Position numbers and translations under genes: made by a program
Shown: positions 50,867 to 64,000 of the stretch, in pieces
How positions within the stretch are numbered: the stretch's first letter is position 1
Layout: the number at the start of each line of letters is the position of its first letter
Assembly: GCF_002105155.1 (NCBI RefSeq)
Contig: NW_019028979.1
Coordinates: 124,001-188,000, forward strand
Source of the DNA: Lobosporangium transversale
Taxonomy: Eukaryota
Direction of reading: 5' to 3'
DNA: 64,000 nt
Notes under the pieces: generated by a model
What the model was told of the DNA's origin: nothing
Seen by the model: the letters and a program-made list of their open reading frames with translations, nothing else
The model's database searches: none

Positions 50867-53800
50867 TTATGATGATGGTGCTGGTGCTGGCGGTGGTGGG
50901 AGAGTAGTGCCAGACAGATTAGGGTGGGTAGTGGTATGTACAGGCGCGTCCGTTGTAGTAGAAGTTGTGGCTTGAGGCGTGGCTGCGCGCATGCTACTCT
51001 GGGTACCACGACGCGATACGGTGCTAGAGCGAGGGCTCGAGTTGCTCACATCAAGTTGGCTAGTGGAGTTACCAGGGGTGCCTCGGCGCTGCTTGGGGGC
51101 CCAGCCTGCACCGACTGATGTAGCAACTAGTGAGGGAACCATGGCTCCAGCATGTAACACATGACGATCGCTTCTATCAGAGTCAGTCGAGAGACGACCA
51201 CCGCGCAGTGACTTGAAGACCGAGAGATCGGAGCGGACTTTGGTAATAGCAGGGTTCCAAACAAGACCATCACGACCACTGCTAGCCATCGAGTTGGTAC
51301 GCTGAGAGTTGATTGAGGCAGGGATAGAGTTCATGCGACCAATATCATTGTTCATTGGGTAGCTCTCAAAGTTAGGGAGACCACCATGAGTAGGCTCAGT
51401 ATGATCAACCCACCTCTTGAGACCACCAAAGATCTCATCAGGAATTAAGCGGACAATGACACCAACAGGGAGTGAAAGGAGACCCAAAACAATACAGACG
51501 ACCCATTGAACGCCGTCAAGTCTCTCAGTCTTGAAGGCAGCGCCACCAAACTCGATAATGAGGACTTGGAAAACAACCATGATGACAAAAATGACCATAA
51601 AGTAGCGGTTCTTGAGTATGCCAGAGAAGACGTTAAGATGGCTGTCCAAACGACGCGAGTTGATTTCGTTGAAGATCTGAAGGAACACGAACGTATTGAA
51701 GACCATGGTGCTGATTTCCTGCTCCTTGAACTGAAAGTAAGACTTGGTAATATCATTGATATCGGGTCTTGCCTGGAGAGAGGCAGGGATCTTATAGTAA
51801 TTGAAGATATGCATACCAGCGTACTTCAATACAAAAGTAATCACCAACTGCAAAATGGACTGGCCAATAATCATCTTCCACATAGTGAAGTTAATCAAAG
51901 GGGCGGTACGAGGCTCGGGCTGGCGATCCAAGAGTTCAGGAGTTGGAGGATCAGTAGCAAGAGCCAATGCAGCCAAGGTATCCATGATCAAATTGATCCA
52001 CAAAAGCTGAACAGCAGACATAACGGGCTCCTGTTTATCAGAAATGACAGCGGTGACCAAGGTCAATACAACAGCGGTGACGTTAACAGTTAACTGGAAC
52101 TGAAGAAATTTCTTGACAGCATCATTGACGGAGCGACCCCAGAGAATAGCTTTGACAATGCTGGAGAAATTGTCATCCATCAAAATGATGGATGAAGCCT
52201 CCTTAGCAACCTCAGTACCGGCAATACCCATTGAGAAACCAACATCTGACATCTTGAGAGCAGGTCCATCATTGGTACCATCACCAGTCACAGCAACAAT
52301 CTCACCCATGGCCTTGAGACGACCAACAAGGATCTTCTTATCCTCAGGACTGGATCTGGCAAGTACTTGAAGGCGAGGAATTACAGCATCCATCTCCTCA
52401 CCGCTCAAAGCACGGAACTTGGGTCCTTCCATAATGATACCGCCTTGAGTATAGATACCGCACTGAGTAGCGATGGATTTAGCAGTTAAAATGTTATCAC
52501 CAGTGACCATGCGGACAAAGACACCAGCACGCTGGCAAGCAAGGACAGCCTCAGGAACACCATCACGGAGTGGATCCTCAATACCAACAATACCAACCAA
52601 TGTCAATCCAGACTCGGCAACAGCAGAAAAGGGGACATTACCATCTTCATCCAACTCAACGCCAGCTGGTGGCCAAGACTCAAAATCGCGGTAGGCAATA
52701 CCAATGGTACGAAGAGATTGGGTGGCATAGGAAATGATAGTCTTTTGGATTTGGGTATTGAGATCAGGGTTGAGCTCCAACTCAGTGACCTCAGCATTGC
52801 GGTCCTTCTCAGACAATGGAGTAGCCTGTTCGGAGGAGGAAGAAATCTGAAGAACCTTTTCACAGCGACCCGTAATGATTTCGGAAGCGCCCTTGGCATG
52901 AAGACGGAACTTATTGGGACCCATCTGGACAATAGTGGCCATGGACTTGCGCTCAGATGAGAAGGGGTACAAGTGGGCAACAGGGAAAGATTCGCGAAGC
53001 GTACGATAATCAGGGCCACCAATTTTCTTTGAGAACTCAAGCATGGCGACTTCGGTCTTGGAACCGATAAAGGACACCTTACCCTCGTTATCTTCGCTCT
53101 CAAATGCAGAAGAGTTGATAGCAATGGCTTCATGCATCAATTGAGTGACAGCAGGTGGTAAGGTACCGGTAAGCTGGCTTATGAGGACAGCGTGCTTATT
53201 GATGGGGAGGTTGGCACGCTGATTAGTGTCTCCTTCAGCGACATCAGCAATAAAGCGAGTATTGATTCCAAGGGTTCCAGAAACAATTGTCATACTAGAG
53301 AACAGAAAGAACAAAGCAAAGCATGACATGATTAAACGATGGTACAAATGGATGAAGTACTCGTTTTGTGATAGATATCAAATAGCACAACATCAAAAAA
53401 AAAAAAAAAAAAGAAAAAAAAAAGGCGCATACCGATTTTGAGTCAAAGTTCCAGTCTTGTCAGAGCAGACAGTGGTTGCATTGCCCATGGTTTCACAAGC
53501 AGCCAGCACACGGACCAAGTTATTATCCTTCAACATACGAGTCGTGGCAAAAGCCAGAGCAAGAGTGACAGCCAAGGGAAGACCCTCAGGAACAGCAACG
53601 ACAATGACAGTTACGGCAGAGATGATGATTTGGACGATGCTTTCAACAATTTCGTTAGTCTTTGGGACCCCGTCCTTGAAAGTGATAAAGTATCGGATGA
53701 AAAGGACAATCAACATGAGCAAGGCAGCCGTCGAACCGAGCTTGGCAATCTGTTCTGCCAAGTGGTTGAGCTTGACCTGCAGAGGGGTATCCTCGGGTTC

Positions 53801-55234
53801 AGTGCGAAGAGACATCATCGTCCTTCCGTGGAAACTGTTCTGACCAACACCGGTAACAACATAGATACCAACACCTTCAAGGATCCTGGAGCCAGAGATA
53901 ATGAATGGATCGACACCGTGAAGAGTGTGAGAGGCTTCAGCAATAACATCAATGCCCTCATGGTTGGTCTTGATCTGAGATCCTTTGTGCGATGCAGCCT
54001 CGGCTTCAGCAAGTCTCTTGTATTCTTCAAATGTAACCTTTTTAATCGCATCGGCCTCACCGTTCAAAGCGGACTCATCACATTTGAGATTATGTCCACC
54101 CAGGAAGATACCATCGGCTGGGACAACATCACCAGGCTCGAGATGAAGGATATCACCAACAACCACATCATAAACAGAAAGCAAGACAGTTTCACCGTTA
54201 CGGAGGGCCTTGACCTCACGATCTTCTTTTTTAGAGTTGAGTTTGCGGAACTGGGCCTCTTTCTGGTAATCGTTGACAGATCCAACCATAACAACAATGA
54301 AAACAGCAACCAAGATAGCAACACCTTCAACCCAGGAGATTTTGGCTTCCGGGGAGGTGTCAAGCTGAAAGTCCCTTGTGTAGCGTTGCTTAGGTGGATG
54401 ATCCATACCATAGTCCTCATACAGACCAAGGCCAACAGAGACAACGGCAGCAATCAACAGCAGAATCTACTCAATCAATGATGCATTCATCATACTGTTA
54501 GAATTAATAGTTACAAGGCAGCTAACAGGGAGATATTACGAGTATTTCATCTAATAAAGCATGTCGAAGTCATAGTGCTTTTGTAGACAGCGGGAATAGA
54601 AAGTGTAAAAAGTGAAAGGAAGGGGAGAGGAAGACAATAGGGTCGTGCCAGTTGATGGAAATAATAAGAAAAGACAGGGAGGCGAGGTCAAAGAACGGGA
54701 GAGAAGTAGGTGATGTGACAATGGGCTTGAAGATGTGATTATTATGAACTGAAACATAATCCTTACCAAAATCTTTTCTTGCAGAGCCATCCACATTAGC
54801 TGGAAGATAGTCTTGGGTTTGCGCTTTGGGAGCACATTGTGGCCAAAGAACTCCGCACGTTGCTCAAAAGTGACAGAATCAGAACTCTGTGGTGCAGTGT
54901 CAACATCCTTCTCTGCATCAGATGAGACGACAGAGGTGAGAGGTTTGTTGTGAGTAGAAAGACCCTTCACAGGGTCAGCATGAATACCAGCGAGCACGCC
55001 AGCAATACCACCATACTCCTCGAGCTTTTCAGGAGACTTTGGGTCGATCAAGTCCATGAACTCATCTGGGGTGAATGAGAAGGGTCCATTTTTAGCAGAA
55101 CGAGGCTGGACAGTGGCAAGTGCTGTGGCGTATTGTTGAGTAGGGGTGGAAGAAGAAGCTTCAGACTGGGCAGTGGGATGAGTGTTGTTAGTTTGGGCCT
55201 GTGCCGAGGCCGGGTCCAATTCGGCCTTGTCCAT
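50867..55234 (-). CDS. PMC1: P2B (PMCA-type) Ca2+-transporting ATPase
   Basis: VAVPEGLPLAVTL, CSDKTGTLTQN phosphorylation motif, KGASE, MVTGDN, VTGDGTNDGPALK and QLLWINLIMDT. Three exons: ~55234-54767, 54467-53433, 53296-50867. Confidence 0.96.
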
Positions 55235-56478
55235 ATAGAAGTATTAGTGCGGAATATGGGATGTTGCTTTGGGTATATTAAGAAAGAAATGAAAGATGCA
55301 GAGAGGGAGGAGGAAGAGAAAAAGAGAGCTGATTGCAAAAGGATGGTGAAGAGTAATGAAGTTACCAGAAATTGGAAAAGTGTTGCAGTATATAAAAGTT
55401 TTTATAGTGAAATAGTGAAATAGCGAAATCATGAGCGAATGAGAATAGTGAGTAGGTAGCACAAAATTTTTCTTCGAATTCCAAAAGACATCTTTCTTTT
55501 TTTTCTTTTCCAAACTCATGCTCTCGAGCTAAATCAATTCATTCAGTCCACTCAAAAAGTATTTTTATCTCAATCAATTTGAAGTATTTTCAATATTTCT
55601 TATTCGCTGAATGATTGAGTTCTTTTTTCTTTTTCGTAGCCAAACCGGTGCACCAACAATATCGGTGGATAGAATTATTGAACTGTGGTCTCTTTGAGCT
55701 GCAGACAATTTTGATTCTTGTCTAGAGATTGCATAACCAGACAAGGAACTCAACCTTCATTGGTACCATTCAAGAGGTACATTTGTATCTTATCCAATAT
55801 TTCCATATTCAACTGAACACAAGGCCATGAGCTTATTATTGACGGTGGGAATTCTGTTGGCTTGATGATTGGCACCCGAGATGGTAAGCAACCAGCCTTG
55901 CATGGGTTCTACGTCCATTGCTCACGGCATACATGTGCTGACGATTTTTTAGCCACAAACAAAGGTCCTAAATATACATATATATATACTATATTATTAT
56001 ATCTATGTTGTTCAGGCAATTTTTTTCAGGGGACATGAAATAGGAATGGTGGTGATGAGACCCTGTCTATTCAATTTATCGCAAAATATCCGCGAATGCA
56101 GGCTTATTCTCCTCAATACAATACATTGGACAATACTACAATAATGCAATTATGACACTCATGATTAGCGTGATGTGCCATAATTCAGGGTTCAAAATTA
56201 TTTACTCTTGATAAGAAAAGATAATCACCTTGAAGACAAGTGGTCGCATGCACTTCACCGCACCCTGGTCCCACGTCACAGTTATCATATACACCACAAT
56301 GTATTTCCTTTTTGCTTTAGTCTCACCACTTTTGAGCTTAAGAGATGAACGACTGGATAGTCGGTGCACGTGTGGACAATGTGATGGGTAGCTATTATCC
56401 TGTCATGGATCCTCGTGCTCAAAGTTATGGACCAAAGACCATTTAAACCAAAAAGGTTCCAGAAACATATAAAGCTCA

Positions 56479-56512
<34 letters not shown>

Positions 56513-59500
56513 AATCTGATTGGCAAAGGCAGGTTAACCTTACTTAAGCTCAGAATCAACTCCATCTGAGACCAGGGTCTAGCCCGAAAGTCCAAAATGG
56601 AAATGTATATATATATATAATATATCATGTTTAATAATAAGGAGATGTAGCTCTGCTTTAATTTCCTTGAAACGCAAGGAACGCTTACTTGGTGATAAGA
56701 GCCATCCCCATTATCGCTTTTTTCCATCATTAACATAGGTCTCAGACGGAGTCTTCAAGATTGCTAATAGAGCTATGATAAAAGAATTCACAGGATTAAT
56801 CAGACAAAAGCAGAGAGACCCTTCATGCCTTGGACGCATGGCCTAAACTTCGAAACGGGCTAATTGCCTTGGGGATAAAGAAGCCTAAAGAGCAAGATCC
56901 TATAAACATGGCAGATAGTCAATAATCAAAGACGGCTCGTTTTTTTTTTTTTTTTTTTTTTTTTTTTGTTCCTCATTATGATCATCGATATAGAGAACAG
57001 TCAAGTAGATGAACGGATTTGTTACAAATAGTTTATACCTCATACTATATGGTAGTCAATTCATCTGATTGTTCCGAATGGAGAGCCACGTGGTAATGAC
57101 CTTGCAGGGATATGTTCCACCGGAGTACACCCATCTCTACAGTCGAGAACGAGTCGTAAGAGATAGTAACACCCATACTGGATCCTAGATCTAAAAAAAA
57201 AGGAAAACAGTGATAGGAAGATATATATGAATGCTTTAAACGAATATGTTCATCTGCTTGGATGAACGATTCTTGTTCTTCAAGAACTTCCATCTCTCAA
57301 AAAATAATGTATCCATCTCTGAAATGCCTACTTCTGACGAATCATGCTTGCTTTAAGATTGAGCTGATGATTACCAAGCAACAAATCGACGCGCACGTGG
57401 AGCTCTTCCTCGCCAATGATTCATCAACCCTTTATTTTGTTTATTCTTTGGCTAGAAGGGTTGCACCAAAAATATTACACAATAATGCAACAATTAAAAA
57501 GTGAAAGAAATCTCGCTTCGTCGGATCAAATGATGAGGCGGAACGTCAAACCGCACTTGGACCAAAATCGCAGAAATTCTTGATTGCCATCAGCCATTCG
57601 GTCTCCCTAGAACAAAAGCCGTTTCCATGAAACAGTAAAGAAAATGCTGATTTTCTATTTTCATTTCCCACGACTAACTTCCAACAATACACAAATCTGT
57701 TTTGAGCCCAATAAAACTCTCACACGGAGCTTGCTTCTTTCTGATGTTTCCATGTGTTATATAGTGTTCTATTTGGAATTCTATGATCACAAACAATACA
57801 TGTCTTTTCTGACTTTTCTCATTTTCCATCGCCGCCTTCTATTTTTCCTTCCTCCCTGAACAACGTATAATATCATGATTCCAGATTTTTGGGACTGATG
57901 CATCTCAATGTTAATAACTTGTCTTAAACTTATTTGTCTCTCTCACCACGAAATGTGATGGATTTCTTCTCGAATGTCTACTAATTTTTTTTTTATTCGA
58001 CCTTCCTTTCCTTTCTTCTAGATGCCATGTAAAGTCTAGAGAAATTTAGGGGATAAATAAAAGCGCAGATGCGTCAAATGACTTTCGGTAAAAAAGAAGA
58101 TTGCAAGATTGATAGTTTTATTATCGACAACGCCCTGTACTATGGAGATACACATTTCGACTTCTTTTCAAGGCGTTACATTCTGGATTGATCATGCACT
58201 TCAATAGTTTTTTCACATAGCAGATTGTGCTCAGACAAAGTCGAGTTCTTTCACATCAGCAAGTCTATTGTAGTTACGACAGAAAAGGGAAAAAAAAAAA
58301 AAAAAAGCTATCCATTGTATGTATTCTTATAATTGCAAGGACTTTTACCTGCAAATGCAAGGACTCAAAACTTGTGAGGTAAGGAAAAACCAATGCAACA
58401 TCATCAACGGAGAGCTCTTAACATTTCCGAAGAGAACGGAAGATACTCTACCAAAGGCAGTAACGGGGGTTTATTTTTCCAAGTATAGCGGTAGACCCTA
58501 CCTTCAACTACAAATACATTACGCTTTATTTTTATTTTTTATTTTATGGAGTTGAACTCAGGGGACATGTTTACTACCACTGCCATAATGATAAGTAGTA
58601 ATCGCTGAAAGTATGCGCTATAAATCTTGAGCAAAGAATACTTTTCAGTCTTCCAATACGAAGAGGAAAGACGTGCTGGTGTGTGGTCTATCTAGTAATA
58701 CTTGATTGTACCAGATCAACGAGTAATATAGTAAAGCAATGGCAGCAGCTCTGCATAATGACTGGATAGAGTCATGCAACAGCTTTAAAGAATAAAAGCA
58801 TACAGCTCTTTTAAGTATTTTAGATCGTTACTTTCCATGAAGGGCACAGAGAACTGGTAGAGAAATTGGCAGTCTTTCAGTCAGTCTTGTTGGACGTTGT
58901 TAAAATCAACTATTACTTTTTTTTTTTGTAAAGCTATTGTGAACAGACAGAGCACTTCGATATTAGCGCAGGTGAAAACAAGGTAAACGCAAAAGATTCT
59001 ACTGGGAACGAGAATGCTGAGTCAGTATCAAGCCGCAGACAGTCCGAGACTGGCCTTGGGCGAACAATATTCATCGCTAAAAAGGAGCCAAGGGTTCTTC
59101 GGATAAGGTTATAGTTCCAGTCATTATCCGTACCAACTACAAGAGGCAATTTCACTGAGACAGCTAACCCTCAGCAAAGCCGACGTTCACACTATCTGGC
59201 CTATCAGTTTTTTACCAGCTTCTTTATTCAAAAATATTGCTCACTGGGCATTGCAACATGATGAATGATGAATAATGAAGGTGTATATATCAAAGGCCTT
59301 TATTTTTTTCTTCTATACGATATCTGGCATACCTTTGTACGGTGCCTTCAAAGTCAAGCTGACTCCAAACCTATGAGAGGGACAGTATACTCTCGTTGTA
59401 ATTAATGGGCTTTATAAATCATTGAGGTGTCCACAAAGCATGTGCAAACCCAAACGCCCGAGTTTGTTGGGCAGGAATACATGGGACGGAGTCACTATCT

Positions 59501-59813
59501 AAAATATTAGGTAGAATCCCATAAGGACATGTTAGGGAGCTTAAACATGGCCTGGGTCGCACACTCGCCCCTCTCTTGATTAAATTGGCCATCCTATTTT
59601 CAATCGCAAGACGCGTCTGGCCCAAGCAAAACCCTTAGAATGAGGACTGGCATTTTTTTTTTTGTAAAATTTGAAGCAAGTTTATCAGGGCTTCCCTTTA
59701 GTGCACGCTCCAGAGAAACATGGGTGACAAAAAAGCAGCACACTTCATGGCGTCCTCTTTCTCATTAATACACTTTCATAAACATATACAAGTTCTCCTT
59801 TAAAAACGAAGTG

Positions 59814-60487
59814 ATGCTTAAGCCAAAACTTATTTCACAGGTCCTTCAACAGGCAACTACGGGAGGCGTTAAAGCAACAATGTAAAAAAAAAAAAAAAAA
59901 AAGCATGTATTCTTTCAAATTAAAAAAACAAGGCATTGAATTTCAATTAATTTCTTTATGGTTGTCATGCATTAAATCATCAGATTGCTCAACCCAGAAG
60001 GATCGCTATTGGCATTTTCAGCTCAATCGGATCGAGACGCACGCATCTATGGAGCGATTGCTTCCAACATCTGGACTATTTACTCAAAACACTGCAAGGA
60101 AGAAGTTGGCTCGTTATCGTTTCTGATACTTGAATGCGAGGTAATATTAAAAAAACAGGCTGCTGCAATCCTAAGTGTGCTGGGTTCAGAGATGGGTTAT
60201 TATTGGACCGAAAACTAGATAAAGTCGTGGCAATTGGAAGTTTGGTGTCGCCAAACTTGAGGATTGTGACATTCAAGTTTTTTGTAAAAAAAAAAAAAAA
60301 AAAAAAACTAACAATAATGGCAATTGACAAATGAACCTAGGAAGGGAAGGTCGCCATTAACATCGTAAGCACGATGATTTTGTGTTTAGTGGCGCGGGAC
60401 GATGTTGAACTTGGGATTCTCAAAGCCAAATCAGAAGCTCTGACGCGGCACCTGGAGGAACCTCTTAGTAAAGTTGCAGGATACTAA
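59814..60487 (+). CDS. LAMTOR2: Ragulator complex subunit LAMTOR2 (roadblock domain, p14)
   Basis: Exons 59814-59881, 59984-60140, 60341-60487 give MLKPKLISQVLQQATTGGVKATILLNPEGSLLAFSAQSDRDARIYGAIASNIWTIY...ECEEGKVAI...MILCLVARDDVELGILKAKSEALTRHLEEPLSKVAGY*, colinear with human LAMTOR2 as recalled. Confidence 0.93.
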
Positions 60488-60878
60488 AACGACAAAAAAA
60501 AAAAAAAAACCTACGACCAATCCTACATGTTTCCACTATCAGTAAGCTACTTTTACTTGCATTGGACTGAAAACAACAATAAAACTATATGTATGATATG
60601 TATGTCTGATATATCACCGTGCAAATAGTAGTGGCGAAGTTCTCTTGTTTGCACACCAGTCATGTCAGTAGACATTTTAAAAAAAAATTGACAGTCTTTC
60701 TGGGTTGTTTGGTCGTACAGGGGCCCTACGCTTTCCATGTTCCCCCGTCAAAAATAAAGGGCATTTGGTATGTTACAAGATAGTAAATGAATTTCTTATA
60801 AAAGGTATACAGATGTTAATTAAGGGATATAGTTTGAAGTGTGGTCGATATGGCACTATCATTGATCGCCTTTTCCAT

Positions 60879-63210
60879 TCAGAAATTAAAATCGTTGATA
60901 CTGTCGTCGTCATCGTCGTCAGTTACTGCCGCGGTCCTTGCTTTGAAACCAATATAATTGAAAGGGGATAGCCTGTGACCAGTATACTTCCTCTCTTCCT
61001 CGTCTTCATATCCATCTTGGTGCTGATCGGTCCCAGCCCCTACGCCACTAAAATATCCCATAATACTGGATCCAGTGTTAAAGATGGATGAAAGAGCACC
61101 ACCGAAATACGTTCCAGTGGTAATAGCGGTAATAGCAGGGACGTGTGCCTTCTCGGGTTGGCGCTCTTGTTCATCGGTCTTAATATTAATATGATCATGT
61201 TCAATATTTTCGTTATTTTGATCCCATGGTATTGACGTCTTCCTCCTATCCTCTTCAGCTTCATTCGAGGTGGCCTTGATGTTATTAAAAGGATCCTCTG
61301 GACATGACTGCCTCTCCGAGCCCGAATAAGCTGTTACCGCTATAGTTGTTATTGGTGCTGGCTGAGCCTCTGCTGCACAGGTGTTGTATTCCCTAAGCCT
61401 GGTGCATTCTATATTGTTACTGTTACAGCTATTGACGTCTTGCTCAATCTCTCCGCTTGATTCTCCATTTATTGGCAGTTTGGCTATTGGCTCTTGCAGT
61501 CCATTAAGTCGGTTTACATGGCCCTTACTGATACTGCTGATGCCTGAGCTGCGATGCTCTTGCTTATTATCGAGCTCCTTATGGAAAGATGATTCATCAG
61601 ATGATTCATCACCACTGTCTCCTGCAATAACACCATCAACCTTCTTGAGAAAAGTAGTAATGTTGCTGAGAACACCTCTGGTGTTGATTCCCGATTGACC
61701 AGGAAGAGTGATAGGGGTGCCGCTAGTGGACGTTGATGTGGATGTAGATATAGAAACAGTTTTTGGCGTTGTAGATGGGGGTAATGGTTGCAATGTGTCT
61801 GCAGCACTAACCCAAGTAGCTGTTGAAGTCGAAGTCGACGTTCGAGTGGGCGCGGGTCTTGTAGATCTAGATACCGATGACGATGATGAAGCCATTTTAA
61901 TTTTATTCTGACTTCCAGTTTGATAAGTATTCAGGTTCGCCATCTTAAGCTCTAGGTTAAATGCATCGATGCCTCCCACAAAGGAAGAAGCTGTTGAGGG
62001 TGTTGTTTTCTCGATTGTGTGCCGTAAGGAAATCTGCAGATCATCGCCTTGCACCTGCTTATCAGAACTAGGAATAACAAGTTTGTCCCCCTCAAAGCGT
62101 AGCAATCCTCGTTTCTCAGCAGCACGGATCGCCGCCATTCTCTTGGCCACAATAGCGGCCTCCTCCTCTTGGCGCAAGGCTTCTTCTTGAGCTGCGAGCT
62201 CACGGGTTATCCTTTCCTAATTATGAAACGAGAGAGAAATGGGGTTAAAAATATGTGTGCGAATTTGTTTGGTTTTTTAGACGTAATGTGGATATGTCAT
62301 AAAAAAGTCGATGTAGTACAGGTTGTCGAGGACGATGCCCTCTTCTCTGCAAAACATGCCAATGCCGGTGTGAAAAAAGGGGTGGGTGCGGTTGAGTAGG
62401 TAAAAAAAAGAAAAGGGTTGGGGGCTGGAGCGGAGGAATGTTTGATATAGTAGGCGTGCTATTAGCTTTTACCTGTTCTGCAATAAGCGCATCGACATCA
62501 AGGACTTCTTCTGCATCATCCTCAGTATCATCCCAGGCCACCTTGTCATGAAGATTGCGCGGTGCGCGAAGTTTTCTAGGGGAAGGAACCATTTCTGCAT
62601 GAATGTTGTAAGGCGTATAGTTCGCTTTGGGATAAACTTTAGTTGAGCTATTGCGAGTATTCCTGCTGCCAATTGAAATGCCATTGTCGTCATGATTGGT
62701 ACTATCGTTCTCGTCGTCTCGATAAGGTACAAACATTGCTATTCCGCTCTCACGTTCGATGGGGTCCTTTCCTGAATTAGCTCCTCTATTACTCTCTGAT
62801 CCATTTTTGGGGTAGTTTTGTTGTTGTTGATTTTGTTGTTGTTGATGGGAGTCGTCATCATCATCTGTATCATCCCTGTAAGGTATCTCGAATGGGCTAT
62901 GGTTTCTTGAATGGCTCTTCGCAAAGCCGGCTTGGTTGGCATTCCTGGAGAAGCGACTATTAGAGAATTTGGTGGGCCAAGGATTGATGCTATCGTCAAT
63001 ACTATCGTGATAATAATTGTCACTGTCTAATGCTTCTAGACGTGAGCGAGAGCGAGAGTGATGGTATGGATGGACATGAGCGGGCGTATAGGCGTCGTCA
63101 TCATCACTATAGCCTGAAGAGTCTTGGTCCAAGTAAAGTGACCGAGACGAGAGGTTGTCGCGCTGTTTACGAGGCAGACAGGGACAGAATATATTCAGAC
63201 GCCTTCCCAT
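60879..63210 (-). CDS. Hypothetical protein, low-complexity with a central coiled-coil (2 exons)
   Basis: ORFs 62245-63219 and 60879-62177 join in frame through a GT-AG intron (~62472-62217), giving LIAEQ|ERITRELAAQEEALRQEEEAAIVAKRMAAIRAAEKRGLL. Start probably MGRRLNIFCPCL. Confidence 0.7.
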
Positions 63211-64000
63211 GGGATACACAAATAAAAATGAAGAGACAAGAAAATATAAAAATGAACCGTGAGCTAATTGAATGTGAAGTAAATGGAAGAATTTGGATTT
63301 TCGAATGAACAGTGGAGTAGGGATGTAAATGGATCTGAGCGAGTAAGAGAGACAAGGTTGGGGGAAAAGAGCGAAGGAGAGAAGGGATTGTGGCCAGGCT
63401 ATAGAGTATCAGGAACATAACATGACATGATATGGCATGACATGTCGTTAGCAGGAATTGCTTGTACTCAAACTATCTCTCCCATAAACACTTTATCTTT
63501 CATTCGTTTCATTTTCTTTCTCTATTATGTTGATCCAATACTTCGGTTCTTGCTGATTGATATTCTATTGATTAAGGAGCGTTATGATTCTATTAAAGCT
63601 GTCATTAGCATCATTGTCATCTCGTCGCTTTGAAGTGGCCAGCGGACCCATGTCACATTCGTATCACGACTAGAGTGGTGAAAAAAAAGCAAGCGATCAC
63701 AGTGTTATATCCAAATATACAGATGAGAACTGGTAGGGTTTCACAGGTCTTCACGCATAATTGTGGAGATTTTTTCCATTTCACTGCACAGGACAATGTG
63801 GCCCCCCCACAGCAGGATTGCCCACAGACCAGGCACGGGACATCGTTAACATACTAGGGTGTGTATCACGTGCATCAGTTATATCTCCAGTTTGTTCATT
63901 CCATTCCATTATTACACATCTTCAACGCACAGGATCACCCAAGGCTATTTCGAGACCTTCCGGGAAAGCTCAGACATATTCTCTCTTCCTAACCAGACCA

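Noticed and set aside
51445..54481. Long antisense or alternative-frame ORFs over PMC1 (e.g. 53438-54481 +, 51506-52093 +)
   Set aside because: They are shadows of a codon-biased gene and have no recognisable motifs.
55900..57600. AGCCAC (Crz1-like) and CACGTG (Pho4-like) hexamers upstream of PMC1
   Set aside because: Too few and scattered to distinguish from chance by eye.
1..64000. tRNA, rRNA, snRNA or CRISPR arrays
   Set aside because: No matching structure or repeat-spacer pattern was recognised by eye; tRNAscan-SE and Infernal would be needed to exclude them.

Overview
Intron-rich, AT-rich eukaryotic DNA. Gene content, intron style and long A/T homopolymers suggest an early-diverging fungus (Mucoromycota, probably Mortierellaceae; inference). 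I reconstructed about 16 protein-coding genes by hand: a receiver-domain cyclic-nucleotide phosphodiesterase, a Pho4/NUC-1-like bHLH factor, isobutyryl-CoA dehydrogenase, an Nrc-2/Fpk1-like AGC kinase, a dysbindin-like protein, PacC/Rim101, a SET-MYND methyltransferase, eIF5, a Cys-rich GPI protein, a GH18-CBM5/12 chitinase, a Crinkler-like P-loop protein, a J-domain/TMEM185-like fusion, a PMCA-type Ca-ATPase, LAMTOR2 (only partly visible in the ORF track) and two hypotheticals. Highlights are animal-type lysosomal components (dysbindin, LAMTOR2), a RegA-like REC-PDE, a poor-context eIF5 uORF, GCCAAG sites around pacC, and a possible decayed TnpB/Fanzor-like remnant beside the Crinkler-like gene. 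No rRNA, tRNA or CRISPR array was recognised. All homology calls come from remembered motifs, not database searches.
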